A stretch of DNA of 64,000 nt from Bacilli bacterium. Its GTDB lineage: Bacteria > Bacillota_I > Bacilli_A > RF39 > UBA660. Positions within the stretch are counted from its first letter, which is position 1. Each line of letters opens with the position of its first letter. Below are positions 30,601 to 36,843 of the stretch, piece by piece. A program made the position numbers and the translations under genes. The DNA is taken from positions 95,689 to 159,688 of the forward strand of contig JAFRAK010000007.1 in assembly GCA_017405445.1 (NCBI GenBank), in the 5' to 3' direction. The notes beneath the pieces are model-generated. The model saw only the letters and a list, made by a program, of their open reading frames with translations. It was not told where the DNA came from and did no database searches.

Positions 30601-31298
30601 TAGAAGGTAGTGAGATTAATGTCACAAAAGGAAGAACAGTTCAACTACAAACTTCAATTTTCCCTGATAATCCTACTGAAACACCTACATTGACATGGTC
30701 TAGTACAGATACAAGTGTCGCAACAGTAAATTCCTACGGAGTAGTAACAGGAAAAGACAGAGGAGATGCAACGATTAAGGTAAAAGTAGGTAACACTCAA
30801 AATGCAGTAGAAGCAACAATTTTAGTACACGTAATTGTACCAATCACAAGATTCTCTATCTCACCAGTTGATTTTGATTTATTACCAAATGATACAAAAG
30901 AACTGAGAGTAACAATTACTCCATCTAATACAACAGAATTAAAGAATGTTTCTTGGTCTGTTGAAGATCCTAGTATCGCAACAGTAGATGAAAATGGAGT
31001 AGTAACTGCACAATCATTGGGAGAAACTACTATCACAGGAACATTACCAAATGGTATGTCTACAACTGTAACAGTTCATGTAACATTAACTCCTAGGTTA
31101 ACAAAAAGAGGAGACTTTAATCGAGATGATACTGTTAATTTAAATGATGTTGTCGTAGGTTTAAGAAAAATATTTGGTTATGTACCAATAGAAACAGACG
31201 ATTACGCTATAGGTGATTTAAATGGTGATGGAGTAATTAATATTTCAGACATTTATACTTTGTTACGTTATGTATTTGGATACATAGATAGTATTTAA
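21630..31298 (+). CDS. Giant (3222 aa) secreted adhesin: DUF285-type LRRs + many Ig-like (Big_2) domains + C-terminal type I dockerin
   Basis: ATG 21630 follows AGGAGGG, and the GTG-initiated extension from 21576 was rejected. Signal peptide MKKIRKVFLLLFCFFAFFLFNMNVAHA|DS. About 14 units of the LDxSxFNTSNVTxMxxMF repeat. Big_2 motifs occur throughout. The terminal GDFNRDDTVNLNDVVVGLRKIFG...GDLNGDGVINISDIYTLLRYVFG is a duplicated Ca-binding loop-helix (dockerin). There is no sorting signal and no TM anchor. Confidence 0.85.
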   Translation: MKKIRKVFLLLFCFFAFFLFNMNVAHADSTPVYWTVSGSPITTASGFTKVAFEDTSQVHTTISSYTYYKDATCDSFITPSYQFCDTNSVPLENHVMIYISSNTLYIQFKGTLYLNENSTSLFSGLSQGNVTQITGLEYVNTSNVKSMEKMFYANRKLTSLDLSHFDTSQVTNMKDMFGYMSTITTLDVSMFDTSNVTNMEGMFQTLKSLTTLKFFDNNNITHFSTANVTNMANMFAGCNSLTSLDLTFFSTANVENMSYMFCEMSDLTSLNISSFNTSNVTDMSYMFAKMSSMTSIPITYLTTGSVTTMEGMFQDLTSITSLDISSFNTYNLENMSHMFQGDTALTSLNLSGLYTNMVENYESMFENVTSLTTLDVSGFNTIGAENMSRMFYNMTSLTSLSVANFNTSNVTDMSYMFYNLIGISSLNVSNFNTRYVTNMEGMFSKLLISTLDVLNFNTSNVTNMKRMFEGMPNIQVLDLSSFNTRYVTNMQEMFANNTSLETIYASSTWTTSRISSSGGGNIFMGDVNLKVAYGDPRDPYQTTYSAEKVDKRYAIIDSFNTEGYLSVHWSISSSVYEILYYDDYDFDQPDMKVDALQNYFDTSNITFNNVTPYYNSTEEYLYVVYNNLNIRRFKVVKPILDIDISQGDISIIRGRTRQLSVDFDPADTTYDRTITWESDDTSLLTVDADGTIHALQKGTVHVTATSIDGRVIANPYTGETDDSKQDTIEIEIYIPVDTFEFKDETTVDYQGDDVVAIIPRGHGEINPFDHYSFQKPTLEPHDTVVDPLDDTTESTNITWTSGDTSIVTVDQNGTITGVSPGHTTITASLDSNARYLVPNTDDEIQTGYSISYDVWVYIPIDTFTIEPSYRLYYDDYEYNHHQLTEVRQSDTYDHYEEPGTITWSSSDPTVVTIDQNGNITGLNKEGTSTITATIPKGWSRTSTVDVKILATGLTLSINGEEQTVSDTKTLEWKEFFTYETTIAPSNSSYTNITWASSDTNVATVDSNGKVTATGAGDAVITATLHNADNEGLARDLNIYESRNIHVLRPITTFTTALDPNRSTLYLGDPENEYDRAQLIPTYNNGNPYDVSGALTHTLTNNRLTIEEINSQTHTAQIIAVSKGSENIHTKVDHYPTSFDDSVYETDTALTIKQLATSFAITNQAANETKELEWKDTFTYTTSILPTTSDYTNVTWTSSDSSIVSVDANGTITAVSPGTVTITATLHNADGEGLARDLNFYETRTVKVPIPITTFTTALNPNRNTLYLGDPENEYDRAQLIPTYNNGSSYEVPGNLTHTPANGRVTVTETSSQTHTAQIIAVSKGQETIHTDVTHYPTSFDNSDYYTDTSLTIKQLATSFNITNQAANETKELEWKDTFTYTTSYLPATSDYTNITWASSDDTIVSVDANGMITALAPGTVTITATLHNADNEGLDRNLNLTQTRTVKVPIPITSFTTALNPNRSTLYLGDSEYDHLDLVPTYNNGNSYEVPGNLTWTTTNSNLISIIEKNSQTHVATITALKKGTDNIHTKVNHYPTSFDDSVYETDTAITIKQLATSFEITNQAANETKELEWKDTFTYTTSYLPASSDYTNVTWTSSDDTIVSVDANGMITAVSPGTVTITATLHNADNEGLERDLNFYETRTVKVPIPITSFTTALDPSRTTLYMGDPENEYDRAQLIPTYNGGSSYEVPGNLTWSLTNDLVTVTETSSQTHTAQIIAVSKGQETIHTKVDHYPTAFDDSVYETDTALTIKQLTTSFNITNQAANETKELEWKDTFTYTTSILPTTSDYTNVTWTSSDDTIVSVDASGTITAVSPGTVTITATLHNADNEGLDRNLNLTQTRTVNVPIPITSFTTALDPSRTTLYMGDPENEYDRAQLIPTYNNGNPYEVSGNITHTPENDHVTVTETSSQTHTAQIIAVSKGQETIHTKVDHYPTSFDDSVYETDTAITIKQLATSFEITNQAANETKELEWKDTFTYTTSYLPATSDYTNVTWASSDDTIVSVDANGTITAVAPGTVTITATLHNADNEGLERDLNFYETRTVKVPIPITTFTTALSPNRNTLYLGDPENEYDRAQLIPTYNNGSSYEVPGNITHTPANNHVTVTETDVETHEAQIIAVSKGQETIHTDVTHYPTSFDNSDYYTDTSLTIKQLATSFEITNQAANETKELEWKDTFTYTPSILPTTSDYTNITWTSSDDTIVSVDANGMITALSPGTVTITATLHNADNEGLDRNLNLTQTRTVKVPIPITTFTTSLSPNRSTLYLGDSEYDHLDIVPTYNNGDSYDIDGSLTWTPANGHVTVTEKTPITNQHIATIQAITKGQESINTKVNHYPSSFDDSVYETNTAITVKQLALSLEINNQSSSTTKNMKVGETFLYQTTISPDSSDYTNITWTSSDDTIVSVDASGTITAVAPGDAVITATLHNADNEGLDRNLNIELTRNVHVVKEISEFTLNPTNYTVYTNESLAGHTVQLQPTIGPVGYEETPHISWSSADEDIATVSQNGTVTGHNMGSTTVTGTLTIDDSTNVFTVTANITVETLIETFELESPSSVTLELGGSHHIVTEITPQITSESQAITWTTGDSNVATVTNGEVHAVGVGTTSITGTLISQVLGTTTITVDVSVMTSITRFELDVVSLETLIPGQSHQLVATIEPSSATNKQIEWSSSNPQVASVTDGLVVANTVGTATITATIRNATLNGDRSITIPVRVLRKIDSISVSPSNITLVYGTSEAEANLEATILPDNAEQDKTITWRSSDDSVVTVSQNGKITAVAKGTATITANLSNGMAATCEVTVFVPITTYEVTNGTEIELYKDQTHTIETRILPNDPSVSKVINWTSDDDTIATVSSNGTVTAVGFGTTTIRGTLEDDEEVTVSIKVIRPINNVTISQRTLTLDRGDSQNDHATLSLSIDPPEADGNKTVQWRSSDDTVATVDENGLVTAVGNGTATITGYIDNEYVQEEKSDSCEVTVVGIISSISILEGSEINVTKGRTVQLQTSIFPDNPTETPTLTWSSTDTSVATVNSYGVVTGKDRGDATIKVKVGNTQNAVEATILVHVIVPITRFSISPVDFDLLPNDTKELRVTITPSNTTELKNVSWSVEDPSIATVDENGVVTAQSLGETTITGTLPNGMSTTVTVHVTLTPRLTKRGDFNRDDTVNLNDVVVGLRKIFGYVPIETDDYAIGDLNGDGVINISDIYTLLRYVFGYIDSI
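22027..23150 (+). repeat. Array of ~75-nt (25-aa) DUF285/BspA-like leucine-rich repeats (coding)
   Basis: The periodic consensus L(T/D)SLD(L/V)SxFNTSNVTxM(S/E)xMF is read about 14 times in the translation. Confidence 0.7.
24474..28990 (+). repeat. Coding tandem array: 7 full + 1 partial units of 600-615 bp (200-205 aa, two Ig-like domains each)
   Basis: The unit landmark (I/V)KQL(A/T)TSF recurs at 25089, 25692, 26292, 26895, 27498, 28101 and 28704, with a diverged first unit at 24474. Internal units are near-identical at the nucleotide level and the edge units are more diverged. Identical antisense pseudo-ORFs at 25390 and 27799 show a 2409-bp super-period. Confidence 0.9.
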
Positions 31299-31337
31299 AA
31301 AAGTACTTTGTTTTAGAAATATTTCAAAGTACTTTTT
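31299..31337 (+). terminator. Rho-independent terminator after the giant adhesin gene
   Basis: 12-bp stem AAAAGTACTTTG / CAAAGTACTTTT with a 14-nt loop, running into a T-tract. Confidence 0.6.
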
Positions 31338-31382
31338 GAATAATACTAATAAATAGAATTATAAATAGTAGTAGGTGATAAA

Positions 31383-32183
31383 ATGAAAAAATTATTTTTA
31401 TTGATATTATTTTATATCATATTAATTCCAAATGTTTATGCAGAAGAAAAAACAGTTTTTTCAATTGAAAGTAAAAACTCTGCACCAGGAAAAGAAGTGA
31501 CAATTAATGTAAGTATGCGTAATAATCCAAAATTTGAATTACTTAGTTTTCAATTACCAATTGATACAACACAAGTAGAATTCTTAGAATGTAATGTGAT
31601 AGGTTTAAAAAAAGCTACATTAAAAGGTTGCTCAATCAACCCTTATAATACCATAGTTTTTTATGCTCTTACGATGTATGCAGATGAAGATAAATTACTA
31701 ACGAATACCGGTAAAATTGCAGAAATTCATTTGAAAGTAAAAGAAGGAGCCAATAAAGATGTTCCATTAAGTTTAAATATAACAGATTATGGAAAAAGTG
31801 ATACCGAAAAATTAGATTATGAGATAGAAAATGGATATATCCGTATTGCAGGAGATATTAAAACAAAAGTAATTAATGAAAAAGAAGATTTGAGTAAAGA
31901 ACTCGGAAAAAATGTAGGAACTGAATCAATCACATGGGAAAGTAGTGATGAAGAAACCGCAACTGTAGATCCGGAAGGAAATGTAGAATTTAGAGGTTCT
32001 GGAAATGCTACTATAATCGCAAAAGATGTAGAAGGAAATATTGTTTATAAAAAGAATTATTTTGTCAATACAAAAGATAATCATATGAAAGAAATAAAAA
32101 TTGTAATTCCTATTGTATTAATCTCTTCTTTATTATTATTCTTTCTATTCAATAAGAAAAGGAAATTAAAAAATGAAAATTAA
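31383..32183 (+). CDS. Membrane-anchored cohesin-like protein (cohesin-like module + one Big_2 + C-terminal TM anchor)
   Basis: Signal peptide LIPNVYA|EEK. Cohesin-like pattern: PGKEVTINVSMRNNPKFELLSFQLPIDTTQVEFL...IVFYAL...GKIAEIHLKVKEGANKDVPLSLNI...ENGYIRI. Big_2: ITWESSDEETATVDPEGNVEFRGSGNATIIA. The C-terminal IVIPIVLISSLLLFFLF + NKKRKLK has no NPxTG motif. Confidence 0.6.
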   Translation: MKKLFLLILFYIILIPNVYAEEKTVFSIESKNSAPGKEVTINVSMRNNPKFELLSFQLPIDTTQVEFLECNVIGLKKATLKGCSINPYNTIVFYALTMYADEDKLLTNTGKIAEIHLKVKEGANKDVPLSLNITDYGKSDTEKLDYEIENGYIRIAGDIKTKVINEKEDLSKELGKNVGTESITWESSDEETATVDPEGNVEFRGSGNATIIAKDVEGNIVYKKNYFVNTKDNHMKEIKIVIPIVLISSLLLFFLFNKKRKLKNEN

Positions 32184-32919
32184 AAGAATATTACAATATA
32201 TTCTTTATTTTCTGTTTATTGGAATATTTATCTATTCTATTTATAATATTTATATCTTAGTAACAAATCATCACTCTAATAAAAAAGAAGTGGAAGAAAT
32301 ACAAGAAGAAGTTATTATCAATAAAGAAGAAATAAATAACATACCAACAGAAAAAAAAGAAGATGACGAATATCAATTACCAGAACTCGAATTAGATTTT
32401 AAAAAGCTAAAAGAATTGAATTCTGATACAGTAGGTTGGATTGAAATAAGAAATACAAATATTAATTATCCATTTGTACAGGCAAACGATAATGATTATT
32501 ATTTAACACATTCTTTTTATCGATATGAGAATGTGGAAGGATGGATTTATTTAAATTATTTAAATAATCCTAATCTAAGAGATCCCAATTCTATTCTATT
32601 TGGACATGATACTCATGGAAGGAATATGTTTAGTGATTTAAAAAAGTTATATGAAGGATTACTTGGAAATTATATTCCTATCACAATCTATTTAGAAAAT
32701 GAAACCTATCATTATGAAACAGTTGCGATATTCCTAGTAGAAGAACACGATAATCAGTTTTTAAAAGCAAAATTATCACAAAAAGATTTAGAAGATGCTT
32801 TATCAAAATCAAAATATGATTTTAATAAAAAAGTAGATACAACTAATCATTTTATTACTTTATCTACTTGCTATAACTCATCAAGTCAAAAAGTAATCTT
32901 AATTGCAGTACAAATATAA
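32173..32919 (+). CDS. srtB: Class B sortase
   Basis: N-terminal TM helix. DTVGWIEIRNTNINYPFVQANDNDYYLTHSF, NSILFGHD (catalytic His) and TLSTCY (catalytic Cys, codon 32869-71) closely parallel S. aureus SrtB (DIVGWIKLSGTSLNYPVLQ..., NTILYGHH, TLSTCE). It overlaps the upstream gene by 11 nt. Confidence 0.85.
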   Translation: MKIKRILQYILYFLFIGIFIYSIYNIYILVTNHHSNKKEVEEIQEEVIINKEEINNIPTEKKEDDEYQLPELELDFKKLKELNSDTVGWIEIRNTNINYPFVQANDNDYYLTHSFYRYENVEGWIYLNYLNNPNLRDPNSILFGHDTHGRNMFSDLKKLYEGLLGNYIPITIYLENETYHYETVAIFLVEEHDNQFLKAKLSQKDLEDALSKSKYDFNKKVDTTNHFITLSTCYNSSSQKVILIAVQI

Positions 32920-32947
32920 AAACAAGGCGTTGCCTTGTTTTATTTTT
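32920..32947. terminator. Bidirectional terminator between the convergent srtB and rhomboid genes
   Basis: AAACAAGGC gtt GCCTTGTTT, flanked by an A-run on the 5' side and a T-run on the 3' side. Confidence 0.7.
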
Positions 32948-33542
32948 AAAAGAAACTAGTATGTGTTAAAAAGAATATTCCAAATAATAATCCACAGATT
33001 GCTCCTATTAAATGTCCATCATGATATATTTTTGATTTTCTCTCAAGTAAAGATCCTTTTACTTCACCAATGACATAGAAAATACAGATTAAGATAACAG
33101 TAAGAGGTATTTTACCTTCAGAAATATTGGAAAAAGAACTAAGTACAATTAACATATAAACATTTCCACTTGCACCTAAAATAATATTATTATCAAAAAT
33201 AAGATTATAGAAAGCAATCACAAGAGAAGTGATTAAAAACATAAGAATTAAATTAACACTTCCATATTTTTCTTCTATCATAGGTCCTATTAATAAAATA
33301 TATAAAAAATTACTCACAAAATGATCCCAATCTTTATGACCAATACAATGGGTAAATAAACGAATATAAGTTAGTGGATTCCACCAAGAAGATCGATAAT
33401 TAGAAAACAATAATTTATTGGAAGAACCTCTCGTAATAAAGTTTAAAAACCAAGCTCCTAAACTAATAAACAAATAAGTTAAAATAACTTTAGAATTATA
33501 ATCAAATTGAAGACTATTAAAATCAAAATTCATAAACATCAT
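32946..33542 (-). CDS. Rhomboid-family intramembrane serine protease
   Basis: Polytopic protein. HCIGHKDWDHFVSNFLYILLIGPMIE (HxxxN region), the catalytic GASGNVY motif and the downstream HLIGAICGLLFG (His helix). Confidence 0.8.
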   Translation of the reverse strand: MMFMNFDFNSLQFDYNSKVILTYLFISLGAWFLNFITRGSSNKLLFSNYRSSWWNPLTYIRLFTHCIGHKDWDHFVSNFLYILLIGPMIEEKYGSVNLILMFLITSLVIAFYNLIFDNNIILGASGNVYMLIVLSSFSNISEGKIPLTVILICIFYVIGEVKGSLLERKSKIYHDGHLIGAICGLLFGIFFLTHTSFF

Positions 33543-33614
33543 CCTCTAGTATCATTATACTATATTGTTTGAGAAATTTGTAGAAATAAGTTATAATGAA
33601 ATTAGGAGAATAAT

Positions 33615-33980
33615 ATGAACAAACTAGATCAATATAAAATAGAAGAACTAAAGAATATACAAGAATTATTAATGAGTTTTAAAACAATAGAGGAAGCAAT
33701 AAAAACAATAGAAAATAAAATATTTCAAAAAGAAGAAGAACAAAAGAAATCCATAAACATAAGATTCAATCTAGAATTAATGGAAAAATTACAAATATTA
33801 GAACCATCAGAATTAAAACTAGTCAAAGAACAAGGAATAAAAAATCTTCAAGAATTATTAGAATTAGATCTAGATTCGATTCCAAACATATCTATTTCTA
33901 CAAAAAAAAGTATTGAAGAAAAAAGAAGATTTTATGATATGAGTACTTTTGAAGAAAAAAAGCATAATAAGAAGAGGTGA
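33615..33980 (+). CDS. Hypothetical charged protein with a possible helix-hairpin-helix segment
   Basis: AGGAG RBS. K/E-rich. LKLVKEQGIKNLQELLELDLDSIPNISISTKKSIEEK resembles HhH / RNAP alpha-CTD-like motifs, but only weakly. Confidence 0.4.
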   Translation: MNKLDQYKIEELKNIQELLMSFKTIEEAIKTIENKIFQKEEEQKKSINIRFNLELMEKLQILEPSELKLVKEQGIKNLQELLELDLDSIPNISISTKKSIEEKRRFYDMSTFEEKKHNKKR

Positions 33981-33984
33981 TATA

Positions 33985-35331
33985 ATGAAGAAGAAAACTC
34001 CTATATTTGGATATTTTTTACTATTATTCTTTATCTTTGTTGTTTTATTTACTCTACAACAATTTTTTATTAGACAGATTTCAATTAGTTTATTCTATTA
34101 TAAATTTGGAACAGAAACCATTTCTGAAATAATATGGGCAGGTCTAGTACTATTGATTGTATTACTATTTAAGAATAAATATATTTTTACACAAAAAAGA
34201 GAAGATTATTTTAAAAGTTTTAAATATATTGCTCCAGAATTAATACTATCAGGATTTTTCTTATTAGTAAGTATTTTATCGATAGTAACCAATCAAGGAA
34301 AAATAGATTCTTCTTCAATATTTAACGTAGCTCTATATTGTTTATTTATTGGAATCGTAGAAGAATTCTTATGTCGTGGGTGGATATTAAATGAATTCTT
34401 AGAAAGATATTCTGACAATAAAAAAGAGATTAGAATGTCTATTTTCTTTTCTGCCTTAATCTTTGGATTAATTCATTTGATGAATGTTGGTTCAACTCAT
34501 GGTATCGCAGAAGTTTTAGTACAAGTAATGAATGCAACTGCAGGAGGAATATTTTTAGCACTTGTCTATTATAAAACAAAAAATATATGGGTTGTGGTTA
34601 CATCTCATGCAATTTGGGATTTTTCTCTATTATTAGGAGATGTAAATTCATTAGGAGATTGCTTAGTTGGAACCCCATCTAATCAAATGATACTTTCAAA
34701 TATTATTAGTGGTATATTCTTAACAGTTGCTTATCTATGTTTATGTTATTGGTTATATTGTCAAACTGATCTTTATGAAGGAAAAGAAAAGAAGAGAAAC
34801 TATTTAATTATTATAGGAGTAGGAATCTATTTATTCTCATTATTCTTTGGAGGAGCTCCAGAAGAAGGATATTATACTTGTCCGAATTATCAATATAAAA
34901 GAATTGAAGATAATTTTAAAGCATCTTTCTATCAGTATGATAAATATACTTTAGAAGATGAGGGCTTAGAATTATATTTAGATGCTAATAATCATTTAGT
35001 ATTAAAAAACAAAAATAATGATAAAGTAGAATTACTAACAGATAATTTCTATAATTTCTTATTAATAGAAAATTCAGACACCTTTTCAATATTTATTCAC
35101 AAAGACTATAACGTAGTTTTATTTAATGAATTTCTAAAAGCAGATATCCAAGAAAGTAAAGACTATTTAGAGTCAATAAAAGAATCATTAGAAACATTTG
35201 TTACTACAGATATTGATGAAATAGGAGTATTAGAATATCAAAATTCTGAATACAAATATCCAATTATAAAAGATAAACAATATAATTATTTATATTTTGA
35301 TATTGATAAAAAATTATATATGAATCGATAA
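33985..35331 (+). CDS. CPBP (CAAX-type) intramembrane metalloprotease fused to a ~150-aa C-terminal soluble domain
   Basis: ATG 33985 follows GAGGTGA. CPBP motifs: EEFLCRGW (EExxxR), FGLIHLMN (FxxxH) and SHAIWDF (HxxxD/N). Two further TM helices are followed by a non-membrane tail of unknown family. Confidence 0.75.
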   Translation: MKKKTPIFGYFLLLFFIFVVLFTLQQFFIRQISISLFYYKFGTETISEIIWAGLVLLIVLLFKNKYIFTQKREDYFKSFKYIAPELILSGFFLLVSILSIVTNQGKIDSSSIFNVALYCLFIGIVEEFLCRGWILNEFLERYSDNKKEIRMSIFFSALIFGLIHLMNVGSTHGIAEVLVQVMNATAGGIFLALVYYKTKNIWVVVTSHAIWDFSLLLGDVNSLGDCLVGTPSNQMILSNIISGIFLTVAYLCLCYWLYCQTDLYEGKEKKRNYLIIIGVGIYLFSLFFGGAPEEGYYTCPNYQYKRIEDNFKASFYQYDKYTLEDEGLELYLDANNHLVLKNKNNDKVELLTDNFYNFLLIENSDTFSIFIHKDYNVVLFNEFLKADIQESKDYLESIKESLETFVTTDIDEIGVLEYQNSEYKYPIIKDKQYNYLYFDIDKKLYMNR

Positions 35332-35353
35332 AAGAGAATTATTTCTCTTTTTT
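35331..35353 (+). terminator. Rho-independent terminator
   Basis: AAAGAGAA ttat TTCTCTTT followed by a T-tract. Confidence 0.65.
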
Positions 35354-35385
35354 ATAGAATAATGTTATAATTACAATAGGAGAGT

Positions 35386-36780
35386 ATGGATATGAGAAAG
35401 AATAATAAACAAGTAACAACTTATTTTATCCTATTAAGTTTATTATTAATTGCGGTAGTCTATGCAATTCTCCAAGCAAATCTACAAATCAATGGTACTG
35501 CCAAAATAAAGGCAAATACTTGGGATATTCACTTCAACAACATACAAGTAAATGAAAACTCTGTATCAATCGGTACAGGAGATTCTCCAGCAACAATCGA
35601 TCCAAATAATAATTGTAAAGTAGATTTTGAAGTAACTTTAGGAGTTCCAGGAGACTTCTATGAATTTACCATTGATGTAGTAAATGCAGGAACTATTGAT
35701 GGAATGATAGGTACTATAAATAAAACGTTAATCGTTAACAATGAGCCAGTAGAAAGTATTCCAGATTATTTAGATTATATAGTAACATATTCTGATGGAA
35801 TAGAAATATTAGAAAATCATAAAATAGAAGCAGGAACAACAGAAACATATCTAGTACGATTAGAATTTAAAACAGATATCGAAGAATTACCAGAAACATC
35901 AACAATATCTACAAGTTTAGAACCACAGTATATCCAAGCAGATAGTAGTTCTATAATAAGACCTATTAGCTTTGAAAATAGTTCCTGGAATCGAATCATA
36001 GATGCATATAATTCTGGAGACATTTCCTCTCTTCAAACAGCAATGGAATCAGGAACAACAAGAGAAGTACAACTAGATATGGACTATGATGGAATACCTG
36101 AGACCATAGCGCATGTAAGAATTGCAAATTTATCAAAACCATCAGAATGTTCTACAGAAGGTTTTTCACAAACTGCCTGTGGTTTTGTCATAGAATTTGC
36201 TGATATCATCACAACACGCAGAATAAATCCATATTCAGGTGATGCAAGCAGAATTGGTTATGGAAACAAAGGAGGATGGGAACATTCTGATATGAGAGCA
36301 TATCTCAATAGCACAAAATATTTGGAAGGGACAACCGAAGAGATTGATTATACAACAATAGGTTTTTATAATATGTTACCAAATGATTTAAAAACTAAAG
36401 TGATTGATACGACTGTAATATCTGGATATGGGCCCAATGATTTTACTAATATTACTACAGAAGATAAAATATATTTTTTTGATCCAAAAGAGATATTTGG
36501 AACAAGCTATACAAATGGAAATAATTATTTAAAAGAATATGATACAGCGAAAAATCAAGAACGACAATTAGATTATTATATTATACAATACACTATAAAT
36601 CCAAGCACAAGAATAGCTATTAAGAAATCATTAGATAACACCATACTGAAGTGGTGGCTGCGTTCACCAAGTTATGATTTTGATTATTGTTTCTTTTATA
36701 TTCAGGAAAGTGGGTATGTTAGTCGTTACCAATCTGCAAATACTCTTGGCGTTTCGCCAGCTTTCCGAATTGCAGAATAG
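35386..36780 (+). CDS. N-terminally anchored or secreted surface protein with a C-terminal WWLRSP...GVSPAFRI module
   Basis: AGGAGAG RBS. Hydrophobic N-terminus TTYFILLSLLLIAVVYAIL. The C-terminal motif pair KWWLRSP ... LGVSPAFRIAE is shared with the 10156 and 11453 proteins. Confidence 0.6.
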   Translation: MDMRKNNKQVTTYFILLSLLLIAVVYAILQANLQINGTAKIKANTWDIHFNNIQVNENSVSIGTGDSPATIDPNNNCKVDFEVTLGVPGDFYEFTIDVVNAGTIDGMIGTINKTLIVNNEPVESIPDYLDYIVTYSDGIEILENHKIEAGTTETYLVRLEFKTDIEELPETSTISTSLEPQYIQADSSSIIRPISFENSSWNRIIDAYNSGDISSLQTAMESGTTREVQLDMDYDGIPETIAHVRIANLSKPSECSTEGFSQTACGFVIEFADIITTRRINPYSGDASRIGYGNKGGWEHSDMRAYLNSTKYLEGTTEEIDYTTIGFYNMLPNDLKTKVIDTTVISGYGPNDFTNITTEDKIYFFDPKEIFGTSYTNGNNYLKEYDTAKNQERQLDYYIIQYTINPSTRIAIKKSLDNTILKWWLRSPSYDFDYCFFYIQESGYVSRYQSANTLGVSPAFRIAE

Positions 36781-36782
36781 TT

Positions 36783-36811
36783 AATAATATGAAGAAATTC
36801 ATATTATTTTT
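36783..36811 (+). terminator. Rho-independent terminator
   Basis: 11-bp stem AATAATATGAA / TTCATATTATT, loop GAAA, then a T-tract. Confidence 0.7.
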
Positions 36812-36816
36812 GATTT

Positions 36817-36843
36817 TTAGCACTTTCATTTGACAAGTGCTAA
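36817..36843 (+). promoter_or_regulatory. CIRCE operator (HrcA binding site)
   Basis: TTAGCACTT-N9-AAGTGCTAA is a perfect 9-bp inverted repeat that matches the CIRCE consensus TTAGCACTC-N9-GAGTGCTAA at 16 of 18 arm positions. It overlaps the -35 box of the htpG promoter. Confidence 0.8.
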
